Below the pieces are notes generated by a model. The model made no database searches, was not told the origin of the DNA, and saw only the letters and a program-made list of their open reading frames with translations. The translations under genes were made by a program, and so were the position numbers. Of a stretch of 64,000 bases of DNA, positions 13,215 to 22,477 are shown one piece after another. This stretch comes from Acidobacteriaceae bacterium (GTDB lineage Bacteria; Acidobacteriota; Terriglobia; Terriglobales; Acidobacteriaceae), in the NCBI GenBank assembly GCA_049513335.1, contig JBEKWE010000001.1:10870-74869 (forward strand). Reading direction: 5' to 3'. The stretch's first letter is position 1, and each line of letters starts with the position of its first letter.

Positions 13215-14906
13215 TTACTGTAAAGACAAAGACGCGCTTTCCGCAATGCCGATCGCATCGCCCGACACTACCAGGTTCACGCGCCGGTTCTGCGCACGTC
13301 CGCTGGCTGAGCCGTTATCGGCTACGGGATCGTTCTTGCCAAAGCCCGTCGAAGTGATGCTGCCCTGCGATTCGCCCTGCGAGACCAGGAAATCTTTGAC
13401 CGCCAAGGCGCGGTTCTCAGAGAGCTTCTGATTGAGTTCGTCCGAGCCGGTCGAGTCGGTATAACCCTCCACCTGCACCTTCAAGCCAGGATAGGCCTCC
13501 AGAATCCCCGCAACCTTGGCCAGACTGATCTGCGTCATCGGCTTCAGCGTGTACTTGCCGGTGTCGAAGAGCACATCCGACATATTCACAATCAGTCCGC
13601 GTGCCGATTCGCTGGTTGCCAACACCGAGTTCAACTGCAACCGCAGCTTCTCGCGAACAGCATTCGCATCGTTGGCGCTCTTGTCGGCCTCGACCGCCTT
13701 TGCCTGCGCTGCGGCCGTCTCCGCCTCAGCTTGTGCGCGGGCCGCATCGGCCTGCGCCTTGGCAGCCTGCGCCTGCTCTGCATCGAGCTGCGCTTGCTGC
13801 GCCACCACCTGCGATTGCGCCGCCTGAACCTGTGCCTGCGCCGCCTGCTGCTGCGACTGCGCCGCATCGGCCTGGGCCTGCTCCTTCGCCGTTACCTGGG
13901 CCTGCGCACGCTCCGCCGCCTGCTTGCGCAACGAAGTGATTCGCGCATCCTCGGCGCGTTCCACGGCCTCGCGAGCTTCGGTGATCTCCATCTTCCGGTC
14001 GCCATGCTTGCTGCCGTCGAGCGCGCTGGCATTCTGCTCGTCCAACGTAGCCTGCGCCATGATCTGCGGTGCGTACTTGTCCGCTCCTGCATCCTGCGCA
14101 ATGCGAACCGCATTGTCCGCCTCATACAACTCCAGCGGCGAGCGCTCATTGCGCGTAATCGGGATCGCAACCGTATGCGATCCCGCTGTCTCCGCGTACA
14201 TGCCGCGCGGTAGCAGACTATAGTTCGCCTCCACCTTCTCCATTACGCCGTTGGTTTTGTCCGGGCGAATCACGTTCTGTTGCACCACAACGTCGCTTGG
14301 CTCCGTGACCGAGAAGTACGGCTCGGCGGTAATGATCAAACCGAACGACTGCAGCGCGGTCGTCACCTTGAGGTTGTTCTTGGTGTTCTCCGGAAGCACC
14401 TCGCCCAGGTTCTGCGCGCGGCCGTCTGGCGAGATCGCCCACAGCACATAGGTGAGATACTCCCTGCCGAATCCATTGGCCGGCGTCAATCCATCAAAGT
14501 GCGCGTCGATCGCAATCTTCCCGCGTTCGCTGGTCACCTTTGCCTCGCCCTTCGCTCCAGGCAACAGCGACGTGCCCTCGAAATCGAGGTGCGTCGAGCC
14601 GCTGCGATTCAGATAACTCACGCAGTCGAGATTGCGCTCGACCACCTTCACCCTGTAGATATAGATGCCGTTTTGTTCTACGATTGGGTTTGAATTTGTA
14701 TCCGTTACAGCCGCCGACTGCGAGGTCGGGTTCGGCTCCTGCGCCCTTGCAGTTGCCGGAACTACACTCGCGAGAAGGCCGAATGCGCCGGTGATGGCCA
14801 CAGCCGGCAGCGTGCGAGTCCACAGGCTGCGGAAAGAGTAGCTGATATTTTGCACACGATTCTGCGCGTGCGCCAAATGAGGCGCTGAATACTTTGAACG
14901 GGACAT
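13215..14906 (-). CDS. OmpA family peptidoglycan-binding protein with Ala/Gln coiled coil
   Basis: C-terminal DVLFDTGK, VEGYTDSTG, NQKLSENRA, GRAQNRRV; signal-like N-terminus; AGGAG RBS before ATG 14906. Confidence 0.9.
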   Translation of the reverse strand: MSRSKYSAPHLAHAQNRVQNISYSFRSLWTRTLPAVAITGAFGLLASVVPATARAQEPNPTSQSAAVTDTNSNPIVEQNGIYIYRVKVVERNLDCVSYLNRSGSTHLDFEGTSLLPGAKGEAKVTSERGKIAIDAHFDGLTPANGFGREYLTYVLWAISPDGRAQNLGEVLPENTKNNLKVTTALQSFGLIITAEPYFSVTEPSDVVVQQNVIRPDKTNGVMEKVEANYSLLPRGMYAETAGSHTVAIPITRNERSPLELYEADNAVRIAQDAGADKYAPQIMAQATLDEQNASALDGSKHGDRKMEITEAREAVERAEDARITSLRKQAAERAQAQVTAKEQAQADAAQSQQQAAQAQVQAAQSQVVAQQAQLDAEQAQAAKAQADAARAQAEAETAAAQAKAVEADKSANDANAVREKLRLQLNSVLATSESARGLIVNMSDVLFDTGKYTLKPMTQISLAKVAGILEAYPGLKVQVEGYTDSTGSDELNQKLSENRALAVKDFLVSQGESQGSITSTGFGKNDPVADNGSASGRAQNRRVNLVVSGDAIGIAESASLSLQ

Positions 14907-15080
14907 GATGTCGATCTCCTGGCGATCCAATCGCCGATTCCGAATTGGGACCCCTCGCACTGCGCACGTGCGAATGGCGCTTCCAAAGCCCCTGGATGGG
15001 CCTGTAATTGGGATGCCGGATCGACGGCAAAGGTAGCCCACAGTCGCAAACCGTGCGACTGGGGCAAGATAGGGAGCTAT

Positions 15081-15818
15081 TCAGGCGTTGTGCAACGGCG
15101 ACGCCGAGTGGCGCTGCACAAAGTGATACGGCGGCCAGGGGCCGGACAACTGCATCCGGCACTCCTTCATCTCCAGCGTCGCCGACGAGTACTTGTTCTG
15201 ATACCGCTCCACCGTCTTGTTATCAATCAGGTGGGCGATGTCCAGCAGCATCTTGCCCGAATCCGTCCGCTTGCAGGTGATCTCCTCCGCGATGGGCAGG
15301 AACATGCGATGCATCTGCACCGACAGGGCGCGGGCCCGCGATTGGCGCTCCCTCTGCCGGGCTGCGCTCTCGCGCAGGCTGGTCAGGTACTGCTGGCCAA
15401 CCGTCATGTCGCGCGCTGCGTTGCCCGGACAGGTGTCGTCCATCAGAACCTTCAGGTGCATCTCCGCCTTGCCACGCAGTCGCTCCACATTCGCCGTAAA
15501 GTGCCGTTGGTTCGAGCGGACCGACCGGCGCAGCGCGTCATCGTCTGGAAAGGTCGTGCCAAAGCGAAAGGGAAGCACGGTGGAAAGTTTAAAGCAGTCC
15601 GCAATCACGCGACCGTGGTCCTTGACTGCGCTCTGATCCATCCGGGCAGCGTCTTCCGGTGTGTGTTCAGAGACAATGACGGCGAGATCACTTGCTGGAA
15701 ACAGGAAGGTCTGGTTGCCAAAAAGACCGGTAACTCCGGCGAGCGGCATTGGACGGCGGTGACGACAAAGCTCAGGAAAGGCGTTTCGTTCTGCAATGCA
15801 GTAGGCGTACCAACTCAT
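15081..15818 (-). CDS. GvpL/GvpF family protein (orphan)
   Basis: YAYCI, TVLPFRFGT, E-x-x-LKV, SGPWPPYHFV. Confidence 0.85.
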   Translation of the reverse strand: MSWYAYCIAERNAFPELCRHRRPMPLAGVTGLFGNQTFLFPASDLAVIVSEHTPEDAARMDQSAVKDHGRVIADCFKLSTVLPFRFGTTFPDDDALRRSVRSNQRHFTANVERLRGKAEMHLKVLMDDTCPGNAARDMTVGQQYLTSLRESAARQRERQSRARALSVQMHRMFLPIAEEITCKRTDSGKMLLDIAHLIDNKTVERYQNKYSSATLEMKECRMQLSGPWPPYHFVQRHSASPLHNA

Positions 15819-16250
15819 TGTTTCGTCACTCCAAAGCGCAGATAGACAAAACCCTCACTTGTGGATAAGGGTGTTTTTAACCCAATCGAACGTTTCCGGG
15901 AATTGTCCGAACGGTTCGAACTATGTCCGGCTACAAACTGGTATTGAGTCCTTGCGCGTGCGTGATTGGGCGTTCAATTCGGGATCGAAACGGATAGTAA
16001 GCTCATAGCGTGACGATTGGCAAGGCCAATCTTCGAGGAATGCTCACGTTGGGTGGACGGCTAATTCCATGCCCTCATGGACATGAATCGCCAAACTCAA
16101 CCGGCTGAAGAGATGCGTCGGTCAATCAATATCGCAACAGGTGGATTGACAGTAACTCCTCGGCCTCGCATGACCTTCATGCGATACCCCGTGGTTTGGA
16201 GTTCTAGCACGACCAAGCCTGTTCGCCGGTGCTACCCTTGACTCATCCCC

Positions 16251-19200
16251 ATGAGTCACGAAAACACGACAAATACGCCCCCTCAATCGCTGCCGGAACC
16301 GCCTGCCCAGCCAGCCGCGGAAGCAGCCGCCGGCAATCTTCCCAAGGCCTACGATCCCTCCATCATCGAGCGGCGTTGGGCCGAATACTGGGTCCGCGAG
16401 CGCCTCTTCGACGTGCCGACGCCAGCCACAAAACCAGGTTCTCCATCCATGGAGCGAAGCGACATGGGTGGGAAGAGCAAAGAGAACTTCACGCTGCTCC
16501 TGCCGCCACCCAACGTCACCGGACGTCTGCACATGGGCCACATGCTCAACCAGACGGAGATGGACATCCTCACGCGTTGGCACCGGATGCGTGGCGAACG
16601 AAGCCTGTGGGTTCCCGGCACCGACCACGCCGGCATCGCTACGCAGATGATGGTCGAGCGCCAGCTCGCAGCCGAAGGCACCAACCGCAAGACCCTCGGC
16701 CGCGAGGCCTTCAACGCCCGCGTCTGGGAGTGGAAGAGCCAGTATGGCTCCGCCATCACCGACCAGATGCGCCGACTCGGAGCTTCTGTAGACTGGTCGC
16801 GCGAGTACTTTACCATGGACGACCGCCTCTCGGTCGCGGTCAAGGAGGCCTTCGTCCGCCTCTACGAGCAGGGGCTGATCTATCGCGGCAGCTACATCGT
16901 CAACTGGGACCCCATCCAGCAGACCGCCGTCTCCGACCTCGAAGTCACGCATGAAGACCGCCTCGGCAAGCTCTACCACATCCGCTACCCCTTCGCCGAT
17001 GGCACCGGTTCCATCGTCGTTGCCACCACGCGTCCCGAAACCATGCTCGGCGACACCGCAGTCGCCGTAAACCCGAACGACGAGCGCTACGCAGCCTTCA
17101 TCGGTAAGCTGATCTCGCTGCCCTTGAGTGGAGTCAGTGGTGGCCCAAACCGTGAGATACCCATTCTCGCCGACGACTGGGCGCAGCCCGAGTTCGGTAC
17201 CGGCGCAGTTAAAGTCACGCCTGCGCACGATCCCAATGACTTCGCCCTCGGCCAGCGCCACTCGCTCCCGTCGCTCACTATCCTCGATGAAACCGCGCAC
17301 GTCGCGCTGCCCGGCTCACCTTACCATGGCCTCGACCGCTTCGCCGCCCGCAAGCGCATCGTCGCCGACCTCGAAGCCGCGGGCCTGCTGGTTGACGCCC
17401 GCGATCACAGCCTCGCCATCGCGCTCTCGCAGCGCTCCGGCGCCGTCATCGAGCCGCGCCTCTCCATGCAGTGGTTCCTCGCCGTCAACAAGCCAGTGAG
17501 CGAAACCAGACCTTCGGTCGCCCAGACCGCCATCGACGCCGTTCGCGACGGCCACATCAAGTTCACCCCAGAGATGTACCAGAAGATTTACATGGAATGG
17601 ATGACCAACATCCACGACTGGTGCATCTCACGCCAGCTCTGGTGGGGCCATCGCATCCCGGCGTGGCACTGCACGGCCTGCCGCGCCATCACCGTTGCAC
17701 ACGAGACGCCCACTGCCTGTGCCACCTGCGGGGCTGTCGACATCACCCAGGAGACTGACGTCCTCGACACCTGGTTCTCCTCCGGCCTGCTGCCGTTCAC
17801 CGTCTTCGGCTGGCCCGGAACACAAGAACCAAAGGCCACCGAAACAATTCGCAAGTCCGCCGAAGCAGAGGGTAAGTACATCCGCCAGGTGGGCGGGACC
17901 GGCAACTACGGGCACGTGAAACTTCGCGTGTCTCCAAACGAGGCTGGCAAAGGATTCGCTTTCTCCAACGAGACAGCCCCGCACACTCTGCCGGAAAGGT
18001 TTATCCAGCCGATACGCGAAGGGATACAAGAAGCGCTGCGGGGAGGCGTCGTCGAAGGGCATCCGCTCGTGGACATCACCGTCGCTCTTTTCGATGGCAG
18101 CTACCACGAGACTGACTCCAACGAAATGGCGTTCCGAATCGCCGCGTCAATCGCATTGAAGGAGGCCGCGCGAAAAGCCCAACCTGTAGTGCTGGATCGC
18201 GCCTCAAACCTCGAACCTACACATCTGCGCAGTCACGGCAATCTGCTGACCCTCGAACCCACCCCGAACCTCGAACCTCGAACCTCGAACCTTACCCCTG
18301 ATCTCGCCGCCTTCTACCCCACCTCGCTTCTCGTCACCGGCTTCGACATTCTCTTCTTCTGGGTCGCGCGCATGATTATGTTCGGCACCCACTTCATGCT
18401 CGACGTGCCGATGCCAGATGGCTCGTCGCACACGCTTGCCGGTGCGGTCCCCTTCAAAGAGGTGTATATCCACGCCCTGGTGCGCGACGCCGACCGCCAG
18501 AAGATGTCCAAGACCAAGGGCAACGTCATCGACCCCATCGAGATCATCGAGCGCTTCGGCACCGACGCCGTCCGCTTCACCCTGGCCAGCATGGCCTCGC
18601 CCGGCACCGACATCGCCTTCTCCGAAGCCCGCACCGAAGGCAACCGCGCCTTCGCCAATAAAATCTGGAACGCCGCCCGCTTCCTCTTCATGAACCTCGA
18701 CCGCGCCCGCGAAGCTGGCATCCCCGTTGATCGCATCCTGCGAACTTCTGTCATCCTGAGCAGAGCCGCTCAGCGAGCTGGATTCATATCAGGAGCCGAT
18801 CAGGGTACACCAAGTCTCTCTTCTGAGACGTGGGAAGACGTTCCACAAACTCCCCTCGAATCCAGCTGGATTCTCGCCCGTCTCTCCCAAACCGCCGCCG
18901 CCGTCAACGCCTCTCTCGCTGAATACCGCTTCGACGAAGCCGCCAACCACGTCTACCAGTTCTTCTGGGGCGACCTCTGCGACTGGTATCTCGAAATCGT
19001 CAAACTTCGTCTCAACTTTGGCGAGGCCGACGACAAGACCGCTGCCGCCGCTGCGCTCGCCACTCTATTTCATGTCTTCGAATCCGCCCTTCGCCTGCTG
19101 AGCCCTTTCATGCCCTTCCTGACGGAAGAGATCTGGCACGCCCTTTACGCTGGCGCACCACCCGCGAAATCGATCGCCCTCACCAGCTACCCGCAAGCCT

Positions 19201-19739
19201 CCGACTACCCTTCCGACGAAGCAGCCATAGTCGAGATGCGTGATTTGCAGTTCCTGACTACCGAGCTACGGGCGATCCGCAAGGATTTGTCCATACCCGA
19301 GGGACAAACCTTTCCAGGGTATGTCCTTGGCGTAAATATGGGGGATGCAAAGACAGGGATTCTACGTACGCCGGGAGACTTGCTCTCTGCTCACAGCGAT
19401 ATATTGGGACGGCTGACTCGGGTTAGTCCTATACAAGAAGTGGGGGCCCAGGAGCGCTATGGCAGCCTTTCCAGTCTCTCCTGGCGTCAAGGATTGTTCG
19501 AGGTAGCACTTCAATACCATAAGAAGATCGATGTCCCCGCCGAGCGCGAGCGCCTCACCAAAGACCTCGCCAAGTATGAAAAAGGTCTTGCCGCCGCCGA
19601 ACGCCAGCTCTCCAACGATTCCTTCATGTCCAAAGCTCCAGCGCATATCGTCGAAGGCCTGCGCAAGCAGGCCGCCGAGACCCGCACCGTCTACGACAAG
19701 ACCAAAGCAGCCCTCGACGCGCTGCCACCCAACAACTAA
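16251..19739 (+). CDS. valS: valine--tRNA ligase with in-frame EF-G domain IV insertion and REP-derived loops
   Basis: PPPNVTGRLHMGH, GTDHAGIATQ, TTRPETMLGD, DWCISRQLWWGHRIP, DTWFSS, KMSKT, C-terminal coiled coil; 1162 aa is unusually long. Confidence 0.97.
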   Translation: MSHENTTNTPPQSLPEPPAQPAAEAAAGNLPKAYDPSIIERRWAEYWVRERLFDVPTPATKPGSPSMERSDMGGKSKENFTLLLPPPNVTGRLHMGHMLNQTEMDILTRWHRMRGERSLWVPGTDHAGIATQMMVERQLAAEGTNRKTLGREAFNARVWEWKSQYGSAITDQMRRLGASVDWSREYFTMDDRLSVAVKEAFVRLYEQGLIYRGSYIVNWDPIQQTAVSDLEVTHEDRLGKLYHIRYPFADGTGSIVVATTRPETMLGDTAVAVNPNDERYAAFIGKLISLPLSGVSGGPNREIPILADDWAQPEFGTGAVKVTPAHDPNDFALGQRHSLPSLTILDETAHVALPGSPYHGLDRFAARKRIVADLEAAGLLVDARDHSLAIALSQRSGAVIEPRLSMQWFLAVNKPVSETRPSVAQTAIDAVRDGHIKFTPEMYQKIYMEWMTNIHDWCISRQLWWGHRIPAWHCTACRAITVAHETPTACATCGAVDITQETDVLDTWFSSGLLPFTVFGWPGTQEPKATETIRKSAEAEGKYIRQVGGTGNYGHVKLRVSPNEAGKGFAFSNETAPHTLPERFIQPIREGIQEALRGGVVEGHPLVDITVALFDGSYHETDSNEMAFRIAASIALKEAARKAQPVVLDRASNLEPTHLRSHGNLLTLEPTPNLEPRTSNLTPDLAAFYPTSLLVTGFDILFFWVARMIMFGTHFMLDVPMPDGSSHTLAGAVPFKEVYIHALVRDADRQKMSKTKGNVIDPIEIIERFGTDAVRFTLASMASPGTDIAFSEARTEGNRAFANKIWNAARFLFMNLDRAREAGIPVDRILRTSVILSRAAQRAGFISGADQGTPSLSSETWEDVPQTPLESSWILARLSQTAAAVNASLAEYRFDEAANHVYQFFWGDLCDWYLEIVKLRLNFGEADDKTAAAAALATLFHVFESALRLLSPFMPFLTEEIWHALYAGAPPAKSIALTSYPQASDYPSDEAAIVEMRDLQFLTTELRAIRKDLSIPEGQTFPGYVLGVNMGDAKTGILRTPGDLLSAHSDILGRLTRVSPIQEVGAQERYGSLSSLSWRQGLFEVALQYHKKIDVPAERERLTKDLAKYEKGLAAAERQLSNDSFMSKAPAHIVEGLRKQAAETRTVYDKTKAALDALPPNN
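17841..18197 (+). other. EF-G domain IV-like insert within ValRS
   Basis: ETIRKSAEAEGKYIRQVGGTGNYGHV...GKGF...GIQEAL..GVVEGHPLVDITVALFDGSYHETDSNEMAFRIAASIALKEAARKAQPVVL follows the EF-G domain IV consensus end to end. Confidence 0.93.
18202..18292 (+). repeat. CTCGAAC heptamer tandem repeats in frame in valS
   Basis: cctcaaacctcgaacc and ccccgaacctcgaacctcgaacctcgaacc, translated NLEP...NLEPRTSNL. Confidence 0.85.
18749..18834 (+). repeat. two REP-like remnants in frame in valS
   Basis: TGTCATCCTGAGC (18749) and GGGTACACCAAGTCTCTCTTCTGAGACGTGGG (18803-18834), 28/32 identical to intergenic 55809-55840. Confidence 0.8.
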
Positions 19740-19787
19740 CAACCATCAACCTGCAACCGCCAACTCCGACGTAGAATCGAATCCATT

Positions 19788-20699
19788 ATGGACTGGAAAT
19801 CCCGCCGCATCACCGCCCTGCTCGAAGCCGCCCTCATCGAGGACAAGGCCGCCAACGACGTCACCACCGCGCTGACCATCGACCCCAACATGCGCGCCAC
19901 CGCCACCATCGTCGCCAAGCAGAGTTGCGTGGTCGCCGGCATCGGCTGCATCTCAGCCTTCCTCAGCCTCTACGGCAAGCTCTCCACCAAGCCATCGAAT
20001 TCGTCAGTCCGCTTCGAGGTTGTCTCGCACCCGGAGATCTTCGACGGCGTCCGCGTCAAAAAAGGTCAGGCCATCGCCGTCATCCGCGCCAACGCCGCCA
20101 GCATTCTCTCCACCGAGCGCGTCATCCTCAACCTCATGCAGCGCATGAGCGGCATCGCCACGCTGACCAATGAGTACGTCGCAGAGGCGGCCAAGGCGAA
20201 GTCGCCCTCCCGCATCCAGACCAAGATTCTGGACACGCGCAAGACCATCCCCGGCCTGCGCGCGCTGGATAAGTACGCCGTCGGTTGCGGCGGCGGCGCC
20301 AACCACCGGCTCGATCTGCAGGACGGAATCCTCATCAAGAACAACCACATCACGCTGGGCGGCGGGCTGCCTGCGGTGCTTGCGCGTGCCCTCGCCGGAC
20401 GCAAACCCGGCCAGGTCGTCCAGGTCGAGGTCCGCACTCCAGCCGAACTCGACCAGGCAATCGCCGGCGGCGCGGAGTCCATCCTGCTCGACAACATGAC
20501 CCCCAAAGAGGTGAAGAAAGCTGTCAATCTGGTGCGCAAATCATTGCCCAAGGCCATCATCGAGGTTTCCGGCGGCGTGAACCTCAAGACCGTCCGCGAC
20601 TACGCCAAGACCGGTGTCGACTTCATCTCCGTCGGTGCGCTCACTCACTCCGCCACCGCAGTCGACCTTAGCATGAAGATCACGGCCAGCCTCCTCTGA
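19788..20699 (+). CDS. nadC: nicotinate-nucleotide diphosphorylase (carboxylating)
   Basis: ERVILNLMQRMSGIAT, DTRKTIPG, LLDNM, SGGV, ISVGALTHS. Confidence 0.95.
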   Translation: MDWKSRRITALLEAALIEDKAANDVTTALTIDPNMRATATIVAKQSCVVAGIGCISAFLSLYGKLSTKPSNSSVRFEVVSHPEIFDGVRVKKGQAIAVIRANAASILSTERVILNLMQRMSGIATLTNEYVAEAAKAKSPSRIQTKILDTRKTIPGLRALDKYAVGCGGGANHRLDLQDGILIKNNHITLGGGLPAVLARALAGRKPGQVVQVEVRTPAELDQAIAGGAESILLDNMTPKEVKKAVNLVRKSLPKAIIEVSGGVNLKTVRDYAKTGVDFISVGALTHSATAVDLSMKITASLL

Positions 20700-20710
20700 T
20701 CCGCCCTCTC

Positions 20711-21544
20711 ATGTCGACCGACGCCTTTGACCTCCGCGAAGTGGAACAAGCCATCGTTGGCACCGAGTTCGCGGGCTACCTGATGCACTTCCCCACGGTT
20801 CCATCGACCAACGACCTCGCGCTCAAGGCGACGAAGGTGGGTGCACGCCACGGCGTCTGGATCGCCGACGCACAGACCGCCGGCCGGGGCCGCGGCAACC
20901 GCACATGGCACTCCAGCCCAGGCGAAGGCCTCTACATGACCGCGCTCATCTCGCCCCCTCTGCCCATGCAGAGTGCGCTCAGCCTGTCGTTCACCACCGC
21001 CATTGCAGTGCAGTCGGCCATCGCGTCGGTCGCAGGATTTCGCCGCCGTGACCAGATCGACATCCGCTGGCCCAACGACCTTCTCCTCAACGGACGCAAG
21101 TGCGGCGGCATCCTCATCGAGACCAGCGCGCAGCCCGTTCCAGCCTCCGGTCCCGCAATGCTCCGCCACGCCGTCATCGGCATCGGTATCAACGTCAACC
21201 ACGACGTCTTTCCGCCCGAACTTGACCCCATCGCCACCTCGCTGCGCCGCGAACTGCCCAACCCATCCCAGCCCCTTCGACGCGAGCCGCTCGCCGCCGC
21301 CATCCTCCTCGCGCTCGATCAAGAGATTCGCTGCCTCACCTCGACCCTCGTATCCCGAACCTCCAACCTCGAACAAATCAGCTCCTGGATCTCCGGCAAG
21401 CGCGTCCACGTCGAGGCGCGCGACGACGATCCCGGCAGCTATACTGGCGTTACCGCGGGACTCGATCCCAGCGGCTTCCTGCGAGTCGCCGGAGACGACG
21501 GCCAGCTCCACACCGTCCTATCCGGAGGCCTCCGCGAAGTATAA
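20711..21544 (+). CDS. birA: biotin--protein ligase (no HTH)
   Basis: STND, QTAGRGRG, RWPNDL, KCGGILIE, GIGINVN. Confidence 0.93.
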   Translation: MSTDAFDLREVEQAIVGTEFAGYLMHFPTVPSTNDLALKATKVGARHGVWIADAQTAGRGRGNRTWHSSPGEGLYMTALISPPLPMQSALSLSFTTAIAVQSAIASVAGFRRRDQIDIRWPNDLLLNGRKCGGILIETSAQPVPASGPAMLRHAVIGIGINVNHDVFPPELDPIATSLRRELPNPSQPLRREPLAAAILLALDQEIRCLTSTLVSRTSNLEQISSWISGKRVHVEARDDDPGSYTGVTAGLDPSGFLRVAGDDGQLHTVLSGGLREV

Positions 21545-21580
21545 CGCAACCACGAACCTTGCACCTCGAACCTCGATAAT

Positions 21581-22453
21581 ATGCTCCTGGCCATCGATGT
21601 AGGCAACACCAACACGGTACTCGGTCTCTACCGCCTCGCCACGCCACAGGCTCCCGCCGCCCTGCTCGCAGACTGGCGCATAACCACCCACCGCAACCCC
21701 ACCATCGACGAGCTTGGCGTCCTCTTCCGCGACCTCTTCGCTCTGCGCTCGCTCGACATCGCCCAGATTACGGGCATCATCATCTCCTCGGTCGTCCCCC
21801 CGCTCGACTCTACCCTGCGCCGCGCAGCCGAGATCTACTGCGGCGTCAAGCCGATCTTTGTCGAACCCGGCATACGCACGGGCCTGCCCATCCTCACCGA
21901 CAACCCGGCCGAGGTCGGCGCTGACCGCATCGTCAACTGCGTCGCCGCCTACGAGTTCTTCAAAGATCCAGCCAACTTCAAAGTGCCACTCCCTTCCAAG
22001 GATTCAGCTCACCCGCCCGTCATCGTCGTCGACTTCGGCACCGCAACTACGTTCGACGTCATCTCCGCCAAGGGCGAGTTCCTCGGCGGAGCCATCGCTC
22101 CCGGCCTCGGCATCTCCGCCGACGCCCTCTTCACCCGCGCTGCTCGCCTGCCTCGCATCGATATCCGCAAGCCCGCCAAGGTCATCGGCACCGGAACTGT
22201 GGACAACCTGCAGATCGGCTTCTACTACGGCTACATCGGCCTGGTCGATGGGATTCTCGAACGCATGATCGTCGAGCTTGGGCCGAACACCCGCACCATC
22301 GCTACCGGAGGCTTCGCCCGCCTCATCGCTAGCGGCTCCAAATACATCCGCCAGGTCGACGAACTGCTCACGTTAACCGGCCTCCGCATCATCTTCGAGC
22401 GCAACCAGGACCATCACAACCGTATCCGCCATCCCAGGCCCCACCAAGACTGA
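21581..22453 (+). CDS. coaX: type III pantothenate kinase
   Basis: LAIDVGNTN, SSVVP, VGADR, VDFGTATT, GGAIAPG, ATGG. Confidence 0.95.
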   Translation: MLLAIDVGNTNTVLGLYRLATPQAPAALLADWRITTHRNPTIDELGVLFRDLFALRSLDIAQITGIIISSVVPPLDSTLRRAAEIYCGVKPIFVEPGIRTGLPILTDNPAEVGADRIVNCVAAYEFFKDPANFKVPLPSKDSAHPPVIVVDFGTATTFDVISAKGEFLGGAIAPGLGISADALFTRAARLPRIDIRKPAKVIGTGTVDNLQIGFYYGYIGLVDGILERMIVELGPNTRTIATGGFARLIASGSKYIRQVDELLTLTGLRIIFERNQDHHNRIRHPRPHQD

Positions 22454-22477
22454 CTTCGCCGCCGCAAGGTGTGGCTA

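Noticed and set aside
13680-13920. Ala/Gln repeats in the OmpA-family gene
   Set aside because: Ordinary coiled-coil low complexity typical of this family.
15860-15868. Replication origin
   Set aside because: A single DnaA box, with no box cluster, unwinding element or dnaA/dnaN neighbours.
15819-16250. T-box or other riboswitch upstream of valS
   Set aside because: No T-box consensus or terminator/antiterminator pair recognised.
17817-18292. Intein or group I/II intron in valS
   Set aside because: No Cys/Ser N-terminal or His-Asn C-terminal splicing motif, and no homing endonuclease or RT; the insert matches EF-G domain IV instead.
19225-19525. Diversity-generating retroelement variable region
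   Set aside because: No reverse transcriptase or template repeat is visible in the window; it cannot be excluded genome-wide.
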